Positions 13,148-27,780 of a DNA stretch of 64,000 nt are shown piece after piece. The notes under the pieces are model-generated. The model made no database searches. It saw only the letters and a program-made list of their open reading frames with translations, and had not been told where the DNA came from. Each line of letters opens with the position of its first letter. Position 1 is the stretch's first letter. The position numbers and the translations under genes are program-made. The DNA is from Nageia nagi (lineage: Eukaryota; Plantae; Pinophyta), in contig JBITNC010000001.1 in the NCBI GenBank assembly GCA_050084985.1, positions 105,338,001 through 105,402,000 on the forward strand, read 5' to 3'.

Positions 13148-15798
13148 TATCAGAAGACTAACTGCCAACCAGACAAAAACAGTTACAAAATCATAAATAG
13201 TGAGAAAATTAGTTAAGACTTTAAAGTTGTGAGCAAGTCAGGATGAGAAGGGTGTATACAATATGTTAGATAGCTGTTAAAGAAGCTGAGTTGTTTCACA
13301 CCAACCCTAAGATAGCTGTTAAAAGATGCAAACCAGAGACAGTTGATCCAAAGCTGCATTATAGAGAAAGACCAGCCGGGACCTAAAAGTAGCTGCAGTG
13401 AAGACAATATGTTAAGAAGGCTTTTGGAAGACAAGAAAACTCATATACATCTGTTGCAAATTCCTTTCATAGTAAAAAAGACTTCACAAATTCATTTAAA
13501 ATATCTTTGGTGGAGTTACAGAAAATATGCAACATAGAATTTAATATCTTGGTATCTCCTCATACCACCAAATTATAAGATAGGCACCTCAAGATTGATA
13601 CCTCGGTGTGTTTTTCAGTTATGTGTACTTAAGATTCAAAGCTATTATGTACTTGCTAGAACCTTACCTTTGTTCTTTTTTCGCTTGATATATTCTCACG
13701 AAACTTGATGGACCTGATATGTCGTTGCCTACTTATGTGTTATAGTTGATAATCACTAACATTTGATTGTTTCTTTTGGCGTGTTAGATTAGTTTCCTAA
13801 TTCTATGTGAATATAAAAGCTTGCGAAGGGCCGGGTTTGGAAGATCCTAAGTTGGTAGCTTCATGGAAAAGGGCCGAGGGAGATTGTGAGGGTATTTAGC
13901 AGGTTGAAGAAGTTTATTGTCTTGTGCTAGTCACATAAACACGTAACTAGTTGGTTTTACGGTTACCCTTTGTAGGAACAATATGGTGCATTATTGGCCT
14001 AGTTGCACACAAGTTTACTTGGAAGTCTGACTACTCATGGATTGACAGTAACACAATTCATTACAAGCTTGGTCAAACGACAACTTTCTTTGTCAACCAC
14101 ATATGCTATTGGTCCCATTTTACTTATTAGCAAGTTATGTAGGTTGTTGGTGGGCATGTGGGGCCCACAAAGGAGCATGGGGAGGCTATTGAAGTGTTAC
14201 CGCCCATGGTTAATTGACCATATTTTCTGCAAACTAGCTGATTGCCATTTGCAAGTGTAAACAACTACTATTTGGCTATTGCCACCGGATATGTGCTACA
14301 TTAGTCATTGCTTTGCCTAGCCTCGATTCTATGCATTGTGAGTCCTTGTTGTTTGGCATGCCTTCTCCTTTAGCTCTCTTTGGAACTGTTGAATCTTGTT
14401 CTGTATGCAATAAACTTGAAAGATTCTTAAGGGTGATGGATCACAACCTAGATGTTGGTTTATAATTTATATGTTTCATTGGTTTAGTGGTATAAATGGT
14501 GGTCGAGCTTAACATTTTATTTGGATATTTTTTTATAGGTTTTGTTGGTGCTTTCAATAATGGCAGTTGTAGACACATTGATTGCTATTGATTTGAGTTG
14601 CAGCATGTTGGGGTTTTCCTAGCCCAACCTATCAATATATTAAAGTTTTACCTTGATATTTAATATTAAATTGAAGGCCATGCCTTGCACTAGAAACAAC
14701 ATCTAAGAGGAAAAAGGCTGAAGATCAACATTGTACGGATAAACTTCGAAAATTGGAAATGTGAGTTTTATTTAAACTTTTGTCGTTTACCAGAAGATGT
14801 CATGTGGACTTGGTAACATTAGGTGGGCCAAGGTGTGTCTTAATGCAAAAAATCAAAGGCAAATGTAATACTTGAAGGTTTTTGAGCAATACAACTTGGA
14901 AGAAATTTTGCCAACACTCTATATATGTCATATCATGAAGGCATTATAGGATTTAGTCGGGTTCGAGCTTCTTGAAGTCCTTGTTTAAAGTAATCTGACT
15001 AGATGCCAATCAACATCATGGGCCAATTAAATAATGTTATCTGGGCCTTGCCCATTATTTGGCCTCACGAAGCCAATGAAGGTGTAAATACAATATAGAA
15101 TAAGGTAATACTTTCATTGTCTAGCTTGAGATAACATGTGGACATGCTAATATCATGGCATTGGCCTCTTAAGGATTTCGTGTTGGTTGAGCAATGACCA
15201 CCTTGTGATTGTTGGATGATGATAAGAAGGCACTCAACCTTGGGGGAAACTTAGAGGGCCTCACTCAAGATTGATGTAGGTTCTGTCTAGTGGCACAACA
15301 GTGGCTGAAGTAGTAGGATGATCCCATTCGATGGTTGACAAAACAATGGTCTCACATATTTTGGTGAAAAGGGTTTCACTCAAGATTGAAGATTCAACAA
15401 CAACAATAGTAATGATCACGAAGGAGGCAAAATCTTTCGTCAAATTCGAAAGAATAATTTGTGGTGGGAAGTTTGATTGTTGGCGACTTGGAATGCCAAC
15501 TTATAACGTGAACATAAATTGCTGAAAACAAATATTAATGGGGGCTTTTTCGGAAGAAGCTTAGCAAAGTTAAATATTATGTTGTGCATCTATTTAAGTC
15601 CTGTAGCTATGTTCAGATGATATATACATATTGTAAATTGCCAATTATTCAATTAAAAGTTGTTTTACTTTTGAGTGGGATATTTTATTCTCTTTACTGC
15701 CTGAAAATTTCGAAATTTCCTCTACTAGTTAAAATGTATTTGTTTCCATTAAGATGTGTGCTTTTGAGTATTTAATTAGACCTTAAGGGGGATGTTGT

Positions 15799-16914
15799 CG
15801 TTAAAGTTTTCCAGTAAATATATAGTATCTCTATGTAATTGGTACGTGTCACAATTAGTAGTACTGCCTAGCAGCCAACTGGTTGTGCAAGATAACGGGG
15901 CCCATCCATAGGCTACAGTTACAGCTACAATGGAATAACAACGCTCTCCAATAAACTACTGTTACAACCGCAATGGAATAACGACACAGCCAAAATAAAG
16001 AGATAGGGACATAACAAGGATTGGTAGTACAAGTATACTGTGGGGCTTTAAGTTGGTGAAGTAGGTAAAAGTAAATGGTAAATGGTAAATGGTGAAAGTA
16101 AGTAATGGTAAGTGGAAGAAATATCCATGGGTAATATCTAGAAGGCATATGTTCTAGAATTATCCATAGGATTATGTGGCACAAGGATATGTGATGATAT
16201 GGAAGTAGTTGTTGATATTTAAAAAGGGTTTCTAGAAAAGGGTTATGTGGCAAAAGATCCATGTGGCATCTCATGGATATTTCTAGAGATAGGGATATAA
16301 TGTATTTTAAAATTCAAGTTGTATAGAAATCTAGATACCTTCTTTAGCTTATAAATAGAGAAGTGCTATGGGCATGTAAGGCAAGTTGAGCACAAGTTGA
16401 GTACAAAGTCTAGAACAAGTCTAGTGGGAGTCAAGTGCAAGTCAAGTCAAGTTGAGTTGAAGTTGTGGGCGAGTTATAAAGTTGAAGCAGTTTATATATG
16501 TGTGATGAGTCTTGAGTCTTAGTGTCACAAGTGTGTCAAGTGTTGTATTGTGTTCGTGATTATCCATGTGAAGAGAAGGTTGGAGTTTTGTTAGAAGACT
16601 CTCTTTGTGAAGTTGTGATAGTGGTTGTGTTGGATTGGTTGTTGAGTTGAGCAAGTGGTGGTGCTCCTCAAAGGATAAAGAAGTCCGTTGCTATCATCAC
16701 GGTGAGAGTTTCTTACTATTGCATTGTAACTCTTGTTATAATTGTATCTTCACTTTCATCAATAATATTATATCATTGTTCCATTGTACAATTATTGTGT
16801 TGGTCATAGTGTCTAAATTGCATTACCACTAATTAAAACGATGCATCGAGGTGAAAGATCATTGCAAGAGGAAGGCTCGGTTTTATAGTTACTTGTGTGC
16901 TAAAATAGTTGACA
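15799..16914 (+). repeat. Gypsy 5' LTR
   Basis: Aligns along its length with 21457-22600; TATA tataaatag ~16350; aaatggt and caagt micro-repeats. Starts CG instead of TG. Confidence 0.92.
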
Positions 16915-16918
16915 TTTT

Positions 16919-16936
16919 TGGTTCCGTTGTCGGGAC
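16919..16936 (+). promoter_or_regulatory. Primer-binding site complementary to the tRNA-Glu 3' end
   Basis: TGGTTCCGTTGTCGGGAC, 4 nt after the LTR end. Matches 17/18 the complement of plant cytosolic tRNA-Glu (...GUCCCGGCAACGGAA-CCA, sequence recalled from memory). Confidence 0.75.
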
Positions 16937-16979
16937 CATTCCTCATTAGTGGTCATCTTGTAGTTACAAGAGTTTTTTG

Positions 16980-19900
16980 TTACCATGGGTAAAATTCTTG
17001 TTTTTGCTACTTAATCTCATGAGGATGCTCAAGTATTTGTGCGAAAGTTCAAGAGATTGTGCATTTGCAATGGATTGACTACGAAGGCACAATGGGCGGA
17101 GTTCCTTCCTACCTTCCTTTTTGGAGCAACTCATTGATTGTACGAGATGCTGGAGGAAGTTGTGTAGAATTCTTGGGATCAAGTTCAAGAGAGATTTCTT
17201 GAAGAGTTTGGACCACAAGAAAAGTACTTTGACCTCATGATCGAGATCACCAAGTTGGGATAAGGAGTGAATTAGAGGATTAGAGACTATTATGCTCGAT
17301 CACAAGAGTTGAGGAGGAAAATCGAGGCTCAAATTCAAAAGGAGAATCTTGGTGATGGAGTCATTGATGGCGTTGATAGATTGTTGCTAAAGCACTTCAT
17401 CTCAGGAATGAGGCAAGATATTTGACAAAGGGTGAAGTACAAATGGCCTACCACTATGGAACAAGCCAAGGAGATAGCGAAGAGGCAAGAGGAAAGTATG
17501 GAGGAAGAACCAAAAGAAATCATAGTTCCTCCTACACCAAGTGCTGTTGCAAGGCCTTCGACACTAGGTACATCATTGATTTTTGTCTCTTCAATAGAAT
17601 ATGATGACTTGATTCGTAAAATGGGACACTTGGCTATTAATCTTCTACAAGGAAAGGAAGTTATGATGTCACAACGACTCCAAGGGGGAGATCGTGTTTC
17701 TAAAAAGAATGTTGTAGATATCACATTCTATGGATGTGGGAACAAAGGGCACTACAAGACTAATTGTCTGAGTAAGCCATCAACTTCGGGAACAAAGGAT
17801 GAAAAGGGCAAGGCACCTGCAGATGTGGTGGAGCTTGTGAAAGAAGAAGAAGCAATTGATGTTTTTGCCACAAAGCGTGTGAAGGAGCGTGTAGATGAAG
17901 GAGAACAAGAAGCTAAGAAGACAAAAGAAGATAAAGGAAAAAGGAGGAGAAGAAGACTAGGTGTACAAGACTTTTCAATTTCCTAAGGCCAAGTACCTTA
18001 TTCAATATTGGAGGATCTATTATCATGTCTTGCCAATATAACATATAGATAATTGTTGGCATTATCTTATGAGAAGAGAGAATTGCGAAGCGGACTCAAC
18101 GCATGAAAGAAGTAAGTGAATGTTGCTATCTTGGAAGCGGAAGTAGATCCATATGCTCCCCAAGCTGAGATACTTTGCAATGGTGTTTCTATTCCCAATG
18201 TTTTAGTAGATGGAGATGCTGTTGTAAATATTATGACAATTTCTGTTATTACTATGCTATGGTTAAAAATTAATCGTGAGTCCACACTACAGTTGAGGTC
18301 ATTAAATAAGGGTAAAACAAAAGTAGAAGGATTTGTTTCAAATGTTGCTATTTTTGTTGTTGGAGTTACTTGTTTGGTAGATTTCCAAGTGATGAAGGAT
18401 GGTTCGATAGCTTATCCCATGCTCTTGGGAAGGCCATGGTTAAGAAGAGTTCATGTTTGTAATTACTGGAATGAGGGATACATGACAATAGGACGAGATA
18501 AAGTGAGAATTCTAATGGTCCCCTTAAACCATATTGCAAAGACATCAGAGTTTGAGAGTGAAGAGTGGACATTTTTAGGCTATACAAGTACCAATGATGT
18601 GGATACTGAAGACGAGGAGGATGTTGATGTCTCTATGATGGATATATTGCCAACTCCACCTATTGAATCAACTATGCAATTCACAGAGGAAGAAGTGGAG
18701 CATCGTCTGCAATAGCTACGATTTGGTGGTGGTATTGAAGAAAATGATAGAGAAGGGTATTTTCAGCTTTTTCGAAGGTATATCCATCTCTTCACCTTTG
18801 ATTATAAGGAGCTACAACAAGTAACATGGGTAGAACAATCAATTGAATTGATGGAGAATACTAAGCCTATTAAACAGATGCCTTACAGGATGAATCCAAA
18901 TTTCTCTAAAAGTGTTAAGGAGGAAATAGATAAGCTCTTAGATGCAAGATTTATCTTTCCTGTAGATAATTTAGAATGGGTTTCTCCTATTGTGGTATCT
19001 AGAAAGAAGAATGGGAAGATAAGATTATGTGTGGATTATTGAAAGTTCAATAAATTCACAAAGAAATATCATTATCCTCTTTCTTTTTCAGATCAAATTT
19101 TAGATGAAGTTGCATGACATGATTGCTACAGTTTTGTAGAAGGCTATAGAGGATATAATCAAGTTCGGATAGCAGAGAAGGATCAATTGAAGACAACTTT
19201 CACCACTCCATGGCATACGTTTGCTTACTGAGTAATGCCCTTTGGATTGTGTAATGTACCTGCTACATTTCAGAGACTTATGAATAGAGTTTTTGAGCCC
19301 TATAGTGGAACATTCATTAGAGTTTTTCTAGATGATTTTTGTATATATGGAAAGAAAGAAAATCATTTAGGGCAAATGGAGAAAGCTTTTGAAAGATTGC
19401 AAGAAGTAAGAGCGTCATTGAATACAACCAAATGTATTTTTGGATGCTCAAAGGGAGTACTTTTGGGACATGTTGTATACAAGAGTGGTATTGAAACAGA
19501 TCCAGAGAAGGTGGCTAAGATTACGGAGCTTCCATTTCTAGGGAATAAGAGCAAGTATAGGAGATTTATCAAGAATTGCTCCAGGATTGCTCAATCGTTG
19601 ACTCAATTTTTGAAGAAGGATGTGTCATATGAATCGGGAAAAGAAGCGAGAGAAGCATTTGAGGAGCTAAAGAAAGCATTGGTAACAACACCTGTTTTGA
19701 AGAATCCTAATTGGGGTAAGCATTCATAGTCTACATGGATGCATCAAACAAAGCACGAGGTAGTACACTTAGCTAGAAAGATGAAGATGGAAATGACCAT
19801 CCTATCCATTTTGGGAGTCGACTGATGAGCAGTGTTGAGGTTAATTATACAGTCACTGAAAAAGAAGCTTTAGCTATAATTTTCACTTTGAAGAAATTCA

Positions 19901-21409
19901 AAAATTACTTGTTGGGGCCAAAGTTTATTGTGGTTAGTGATCATCAAGCTTTAAAGTATATCATTAATAAACCTAATTCTATGGGAAGGATTGCAAGTTG
20001 GATACTTCTATTACAGAAATATGAATTTGATATTGTGGACAGACTAGGAAAGAATTATATCAATGTTGATGCATTATCTAGAGCATATGAAGGCATTGGA
20101 TCTTCTAATGATGATGATGATTTTTTTGATGCAACTTTGTTTTCTATGGAGACTATTCCAAATGAGTACATTGATATTTGGAATTACTTGAGTGAATTCA
20201 AATTTACTGAAGGGGCAACATCCAAGATAAAAAGGAAAATTACTCAAGCAAGTAGATCCTATACACTTGTGGATGGGGTGTTATATAGAGTTGGAATAGA
20301 TGGAAAATATCTTTGTGCCATTGGACATGATCAAGGGAAAGTTAATTAGAGAGATGCATGATGGCATATGCAGGGGACATTATTCAGGGAAGTTGACAAC
20401 AAGACGACTATTGGATGCAGGTTATTACTGGCCCAGTCTTTTTAAAGATTGTTTCAGTTATTGCAAAAGTTGTGATGTTTGTCAGTCTTATGGGAATTGT
20501 AGAACAACATCAGCATCGTTATGTCCTATTCTTCTCTTAGGACCATTTGAGAAATGGGGAATTGACATTGTAGGACCACTTCCTCCTACACCAAGGCGAA
20601 ATAGTTATATTGTTGTGGCTACAGATTATTTGACTAAGTGGGTAGAAGCAAGACCATTGAAGGAAATGTCAATGGAAGAGGTAGCAAGATTTTTGTATGA
20701 GCGCATTTTGACAAGATTTGGATGCCCATTAGAGATTGTGACAGATCAAGGAACTCATTTCATCAATGAGGTAGTAGAATCTTTGACAAGTCGATTTGCA
20801 ATCAAGCATAGGAAGGCAACTACTTACAAGCCAAACACCAATGGCCAGGTAGAACGGACTAATCATGTCTTATGTTAGATACTTGCTAAGGATGCAAAAT
20901 TGCAGGTATGTACATGGGATAAAAGGATTCATGCAGGGCTATGGGCATACAGAGCTACAATAAAGACATCAACTGGGTATTCTCCCTTCCATTTAGCACA
21001 TGGAATTGATCCTATTTTGGCTATTGAATTTGATTTTCCAACCTTAAGAACTATATCAAGGAAAAAAGAGGATGGAGGATCTATTGATGACAGATTAATG
21101 CAGCTTCAATAATTAGAATAGATGCACCAAGCAGTTAATGAGACTATTGAAAAGAAGAAAATTAAGCAAAAGGAGTATTTTGACAAGAATTTGAAATGGT
21201 CTCCATTCAAGGTCAATGATCTAGTCATGGTATATGATTCCATACATCATAAGAGAAAATACAGTAAGTTGTTACCAATGTGGAGTGGATTGTACAAGAT
21301 AGTAACAGTTCATGATAATCGAAAGTACAAACTTGAAGAGTTGGATGGTACTCTGATTCCTAAGTGGGTCAACCATGACAAGGTGAAGATTTTTCAGGCT
21401 CCTAATTGA
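16980..21409 (+). pseudogene. Degenerate gypsy gag-pol
   Basis: Zinc knuckle (F)YGCGNKGHYKTNC (~17725); protease VLVDGDAVVNIM; RT PYRMNP, WVSPIV, MPFGLCN, FLDDF; RNase H EKEALA/DHQAL; integrase HDGICRGH..CKSCDVC, GPFEKWGIDIVGP, TDQGTHF, NGQVERTN; GPY/F-like WSGLY. No chromodomain. Many stops and frameshifts. Confidence 0.93.
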
Positions 21410-21456
21410 AAACTTTCCTACTCTTAGGACGGTGTAGAAATTAGGAGGGGCGAAGA

Positions 21457-22600
21457 TGTTAAATTTTTCTAGTAAATATATAGTATCTCTACGTAACTAG
21501 TATGTGTCACAATCAGTAATAGTACCTAGCAACCAACTTATTGTGCAAGATAACAACGCCCACCAATAAGCTACAACTACAGCCGCAATGGACTAACGAC
21601 GCTCACCAATAAACTACAGTTACAATTGCAAGGGAATAACGATGTAGCCAAAATAAAGAGATAGAGACATAACAATGATTAGTAGTACAAGTATACTATG
21701 GGGGTTTTAAGTTGGTGAAGTTCGGGAAAAAGTAAATCAGTAAATGGTAAAAGGTAAAATGGTAAATGGTGAAAGGTTAATGGTGAAATCAAGTAATAGT
21801 AAGTGGAAGAAATATCCATGGGTAATATCTAGAAGACATATGTTCTAGAATTATCCATAGGACTATGTGGCACAAAGATATGTGATGATATGGAAGTCAT
21901 TGTTGATATTGAAAAAGGGTTTCTGGAAAAGGGTTATGTGGCAAAAGATCCATGTGGCATCTCATGGATATTTCTAAAAGTGGTTTGGATATTTCTAGAG
22001 ATGGAGATATAATGTATTTTAAAATTCAAGTTGTAGAAAAATCTAGATACCTTCTTTAGCCTATAAATAGAGAAGTGCTATGGGCATGTAAGGCAAGTTG
22101 AGTACAAACTCTAGAGCAAGTCTAGTGGGAGTCAAGTGCAAGTCAAGTTAAGTTGAGTTGAAGTTGTGAAGAAGTTTATATATGTGTGATGACTCGACAA
22201 GTCTTGAGTCTTAGTGTCACAAGTGTGTCATTGTGTTCGCGATTATCCAAGTGAAGAGAAGGTTGGAGTTTTGTTGTAAGAAGGCTCTCTTTGTGAAGTC
22301 GTGATAGTGGTTGTGTTGGATTGGTTATTGAGTTGAGTAAGTGGTGGTGCTTCTCACAGGATAACCAAGTCCATTGCTATCATCACGGTGAGAGTTTCTT
22401 ACTATTGCATTGTAGCTCTTGTTATATTTGTATCTTCACTTTCATCAATAATATTATATCATTGTTTCATTGTACAATTATTGTGTTGGTCATAGTGTCT
22501 AAATTGCATTACCACTAATTAAAGTGGTCCATTGAGTTGAAAGGTCATTGCAAGAGGAAGGCCCGGTATTATAGTTACTTGTGTGCTAAAATAGTTGACA
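21457..22600 (+). repeat. Gypsy 3' LTR
   Basis: TGTTAAA at 21457 directly after the PPT; ends ...gttgaca at 22600. Confidence 0.93.
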
Positions 22601-25600
22601 GGGCCTGCACATCATTCATTCTATTTTAGATTTGTTCAAAGTCATGCTTGAGATCATTTAGAACATTCAAGACATGATCCTCCAAGCAGCTAATAGTTAA
22701 TAATGTAATGATTCAACATTAATGTGGTTGAATTGTTTAGGCAGTTTGTAATTGGCAGGCACTTGTATGGTTAGGGTGCTTAAGCATTTGGTTACTTGCC
22801 ATTTTGTAATCTTTCTATCGCCATATGCAAGTTGTATATTTTAAAGTAATGCAAACACTGCTTCTGGGTTCCTTCCGAACTATTTGTGGTAATAAAAGAA
22901 AGATACAGCTCTCTTTAAAGACTTAAATGTGGTTTGAGTATGGAAACAATCTCCTGTTAAAAAGGAGAAAATAGTGTTGTGCAATAAAGACAAAGAGCGT
23001 GTCCAGTTTTTTTTAAAGATGACTGTAAAAGACATATAATTCTTTTCTTGGGCAGAAACTGCCATTCCCAATGGAGACAAAGCCCAACTGGGGTTTTAAC
23101 AGAAATATTCAGGCTTAAATAGAAAACAAGATATGGAATTTTGATTTATATTTTAAAAACTTTAAATATCTGGCACAAGAGGATCTTTTTCATTTATGCA
23201 CTCAAAAAAGGTTCAAGTGAGATAGTGTTTTAATCTCTAGTAAAAGAGAGGCAGAAAAAAGGGAAAGAAACTTGGCCATTTCTGGTTTAGTGTTCTTGTT
23301 TGCATTATGTAAATTAGGATAATTATTCCTTGTAAGATACTTTGGAAAATTATATTGGTTTGTTGACCGAAAATGACAAGCATACATTTCATTTTGCTGA
23401 ATTCACAGAAGTTAACTGGTCAGAATAATTTTGTGTTGAAGCATAAAGTCCTCACTATTTGTGAATACCTTGAATTTCATGGTATCATAATTGGAAAATA
23501 ACCCAAAGGTCTCAAACATTTGACTTATGCAACTCAGCAACCTGAGTTTGACAATAAAGATCCAATGTTTATGAAGCTTTTATTGCAGACAAGTTGATTC
23601 CAGATGTGCAGAACAGTACATCTGCAATAATTCTCAAGAAAATTCTTTAAAGTATCAAATATTGATGAATATTTTTGTACCATAGTAAAAAACAAACTGT
23701 TGACAAGGAGATTTCTAGAAGGGGGTTCTATGTCTGAAAAATGTTTCAATGTTAAAAATCTTAATGATCAATAGGCTTGCATCTGAAAAGTTGTTTGATG
23801 AAGACTCGGTTGCTATTGTTTTGAACAATGTACCTTCCCTCCTTTGAATTCGTTGTTGACTTAATTGGATTTGCATTAAGATGCATAATAATTGACTGGT
23901 GACTAATTGTTCTCTTTGTTGTTATATAAAGAACATTGCTAGGTGGAAATGGGTGAGGGCACATCTGGTATCATTGAGAATACTTTTTCCACAAGTTCAA
24001 TAGCAAAAATAAAGCAACTGAGTGTGATGGAAGAAGGTTTGATTAAACTCTTTCTAGATACAAATTCTAATGTTTCTAGTATCACAAGTTTAGTGGAAAA
24101 AGAATTGTCAAAAGGAACAATATGATATGACTAATAGAAAGGAGGGTTGGAAACAGGCCAACACTATTTGGGTGGAGTAAGGCATTGCTAATAAATTTGC
24201 TTTTGTTGTTCTGGAAGGAGTAAATGCATTCACATTTACATCCATTGCTTGGTACTTGGACTCAGGAGTGTCCAAGTATATTACAATCATGAAGGTTTGG
24301 TAATTCCATATCATAAGGAGCTTGGCACTTTTGGTGTTACTTTAGGTGATGGATTTAGTTATCAAGTTGAGAGACAGTTGTTGTGTAATGAGGTTTTGTT
24401 TAAAATTGTTGGCCCACATCTACATTGTAGGTAAACAACAGTAAGCTATGGCCTGAAAAATTTCTTCACCTCAATTTTTGCTAGCTGAGAACATTGAACA
24501 AGACTGCTATGGCTACCATTCATGCTATGAAGAATGCTTGTGAATGGTGTTTGGCTGGTATGTTTTGGTACTTGATCTTTCTCTCAAGGAAAATGTGGGT
24601 TTACTTATGAAGAAATTTGATTGTTTTGTGTAGTTTGTTATTTTCAAAGTCTTTGTTGAAGATTAGATTGGTAAGGACATTAAGAGGTTGTAATACAAAG
24701 GAGACACATTTGAGTAGAAATGGTGAAGTGCATGCTTTGTAGAAGGGATGCATCGTACAAGTACTAGGTGGAAGCAGTACAAATGTCAACATATGTGCTA
24801 CATAAAAGTCCTTGTAAACTTGTGAAGTATGTCACATTTTAGGAGGCATGGTTTGGGTGGGAAACATAGGTTAATCAATTCTGAGTTTTTAGATATGTAG
24901 CTTATGCATTTGTATATGATAGAAATAGTAAAAAGTTGGATTCAAAATCATTGAAGCATTTTTTGTAAGATAAAGTGAAAAAACTTAAGGCTTATAGATT
25001 GTTATATCTTCTACTAACATTATTGTTGTAATTAGAGATGTAGTGTAAAAAAAATACCCTTTGTGTTTGATAGTGCCAGTGGCACAATCTCTTGTGATGA
25101 GGTACGCTCAACAAATCAAGTGTAAGAAGAGGTTCTTTTGATTATATTCAAGGGGAACAAAAAGATAAACACCATTCATGGAACAAGTTTGTTAGAGGAG
25201 GCAATACCATTTTGTAGTTCACGAGATGATGAGTGACTTGTCTATAGAATAAAAGTTGGACAAGTTAACAAGGCAACCAATTTGCTTGTGATCCAATAGA
25301 GCATGTCACTTTCTCTCTCTCAATTGTTACATTTTCTTTGAATTCAGCACATATGAGGAAGCACAAAGAAATTCTTGGTAGCAAAAGCTTGTGCAAATAG
25401 CATATGATACTTTGATGAAGAACAAGGCATGGGTATTGATGGAGTTCCTCACACTATACAAAGTCAATTGTGTTGGGGGGTTTTTCTTTCCTACCCTAAG
25501 AGGGTGAGAAAAACACCAACACCTCAGGTGGAAGGACGTTACCCCTTCCCGCTATGGGGATTGGTTACCCCAAAGGTCACTCTTCTTAGGTTTGCAAGAG

Positions 25601-26339
25601 TAAAACTCAGGGAGCAGCTAAGATGTTTAAAGCTGCCATTAACACAAATATCATTTGTGGGTCAACGACTTGAAGTATTTCTATGGCTAGACAATATTGT
25701 TTCCAAAATGCTGAAATAAAAGATGCGAAAAGCTGTGCGAAGAAAATGTAAAATAAAAAAAGGAAAAATGGTGGAGAGATTGTGGATACAAGGATTGGAT
25801 CAACACATATGCATACGCATGGACTTTTGCAAGGCTTTGGAAATCGACTCATCAAGGCTCGATGTAGGTTCCACGCACCTTGAATCCGTCCCACTAGCCA
25901 ACAACACGAATGGTCTAGTGGAAGGAGTGATGGCGAATGATGGAGTGAAGGTAGTTCTAGGCGAAAGAGATGAAGTCCCTAAGGTGAGTGACATAGAATA
26001 GTCATTCCAAAAATGTGAAACTCTAACTGCAAAAAATGAAATATTGCCAATACAATGCTACTACTCTAACCACTTCAAATGATTTTCAATCACTCTTTTA
26101 TCCATCTCACACGAGATTTACGAAATGCACCAAGTAAATAGAAGCAACACTAAATAGCAATTTCATTGTCACCACATGAGAGCATATAGTAATCAAACAC
26201 AAGTACACCACATCAACAATTTAGAGGAAAATTTTGTGTATTAGGAAATATACAAAGTCTTCCAAATTGTTAAAATGTCTAAGCCCCCACTCATCATTTG
26301 GTTGTGGTTGGTGGGTTTCAACAATTGGTCCCTAGTTGA

Positions 26340-27220
26340 CTGTGACATTCTTTCAGTTCCTTGTAGATCTTATACTCCCATCCATCATTTCTCATAAAGA
26401 AGCTATCCCATCTCCTTTCAATCTTCCATTTGGGATACCACCTCCATATGGCATGAGTCCCCTTCTCGATCATGGCCACCTCTCCTTGAGCTATTGGTCA
26501 ATACTTGCCACGAAGCAATAAGTACACCAAGTATGAATTCATGTAGAACTTTTGAGAGGTGCCCATCTACGACAGTTGCTTGGCAAGGGTGTCACTCAAC
26601 ACCTTGCTCCATTTTATCCTCTTCCCTTTGATATTTCGACGATGAAGCCAAAGAACTCATTTCTAAACTTTGAACCATCTTCTTTGCCGAGTATCCTGGA
26701 CAACATCAGTATCATCATCTTTGCGGAGGGGTAGAAGTTGCTGCGTGGAGCATTGATAAGAGCATTCCCTTTCAAGCCATGATGCTCCTCAAGCATCCAA
26801 TCTTTGATTGTGACTGTTGCCCTGTTAGTGCCCTGATAGTGGGTGAGTGACTCTGCTTCACTGTACTCAAAATTCCCTTCCCTTGTCGATTGGAATGCTT
26901 TTTTGATTGCTTCAGGATTGAAATCCATGACAACATCTCCTTTGATGTCCCTCAGCACTCTCTCACCCTTCTTCTAGTGTTGGCTCACTTCAATGCATAA
27001 TTATGGGAAAGGAACCTATGCTACGGAACTTCTCTCTCATTTGCATAGGGTTGACCTTTTGCCAATCTGTATCTCCAATGGTGTTAAATCCATTCTTTGA
27101 AAACTTAGCCCCTTGTTGCAAGGGCTCTTGTCTCTCACATATTGGAATGATGCAGTCTTGCTTCAACCTCTCAAGCTCCTTAGCACTTTCCTTGTCCGCA
27201 CTACTCCTCAAGCTAGTCAT
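26340..27220 (-). pseudogene. Truncated copy of the LTR-embedded ORF
   Basis: ORF track 26990-27289 and 26614-26958 (MTSLRS..LKQDCIIPICERQEP..TIGDTDW; EHHGLKGNALIN..LSRILGKED..FFGFIV) match the ORF of copy B. ATG at 27220 is conserved with B 45507. Confidence 0.85.
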
Positions 27221-27504
27221 CTTGGTCGAATGGGTGATGGGTGTCCCCAAAAATGATGCGCAAGCCTTCCTTAGATGAGACTCCTTCAACGTTGCCCTAG
27301 TCTCGCCTCCAAATCACATGTGCAAGCCTAGAAGGGTGATAAAGTCAACTAAAAACCTTAAATGTGCTCTTCTTTTGCAATTCTAGCACAAAAAATGAAG
27401 AGGAGAATGATTTGAGTTTGGAAAAATGAGCTTATTCTCCTCATATTTATAGGCCAAAATTAGGTTTTCTCCAAAATGAGCTTAATCTGGACAACCTCCT
27501 GCCT

Positions 27505-27780
27505 TGAGCACATGTCCTAGAAAGACAAGATTTTGTCTTTTTGAGGCGTGCACTCAACCCTTGGGTGTCTTAAGTTTGATCTTTGATCCTCAAACTTGTC
27601 TCGGGTGACTTGCTGATCTGGGCGCGTGTCCTAGAAAGACAAATTTATCTTTTTGAAGCATGTGCTTCACTTGAAACTGCTCCAATTTGCTCCCTTCGAC
27701 CTTCGTTCCAACCTGGGCGGCTCTTGGGTCTAGGTGCATGACCCAGAAAGACAAAATATTGTCTTTTTGAGGCATTCACT
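27505..27780. repeat. Three interspaced palindromic repeats (cores at 27519, 27633, 27745)
   Basis: Core (a/g)aaagacaa-N3/4-tt(g/a)tcttttt flanked by gcatg/gcgcg-type arms; spacing 114 and 112 bp. Confidence 0.85.

Larger units (their letters stand above)
15799..22600 (+). mobile_element. Full-length but degenerate Ty3/gypsy (non-chromovirus type), ~6.8 kb
   Basis: Two ~1.1-kb LTRs (15799-16914, 21457-22600), roughly 90% similar by eye, both ending atagttgaca. PBS 16919-16936, PPT aggaggggcgaaga 21443-21456. Order gag-PR-RT-RH-IN. TSD not recognisable. Confidence 0.95.

Noticed and set aside
15785-15798. TSD for the gypsy element
   Set aside because: Left flank GTTGT does not match right flank GGGCC; the left junction looks altered and abuts an older PPT/LTR start.
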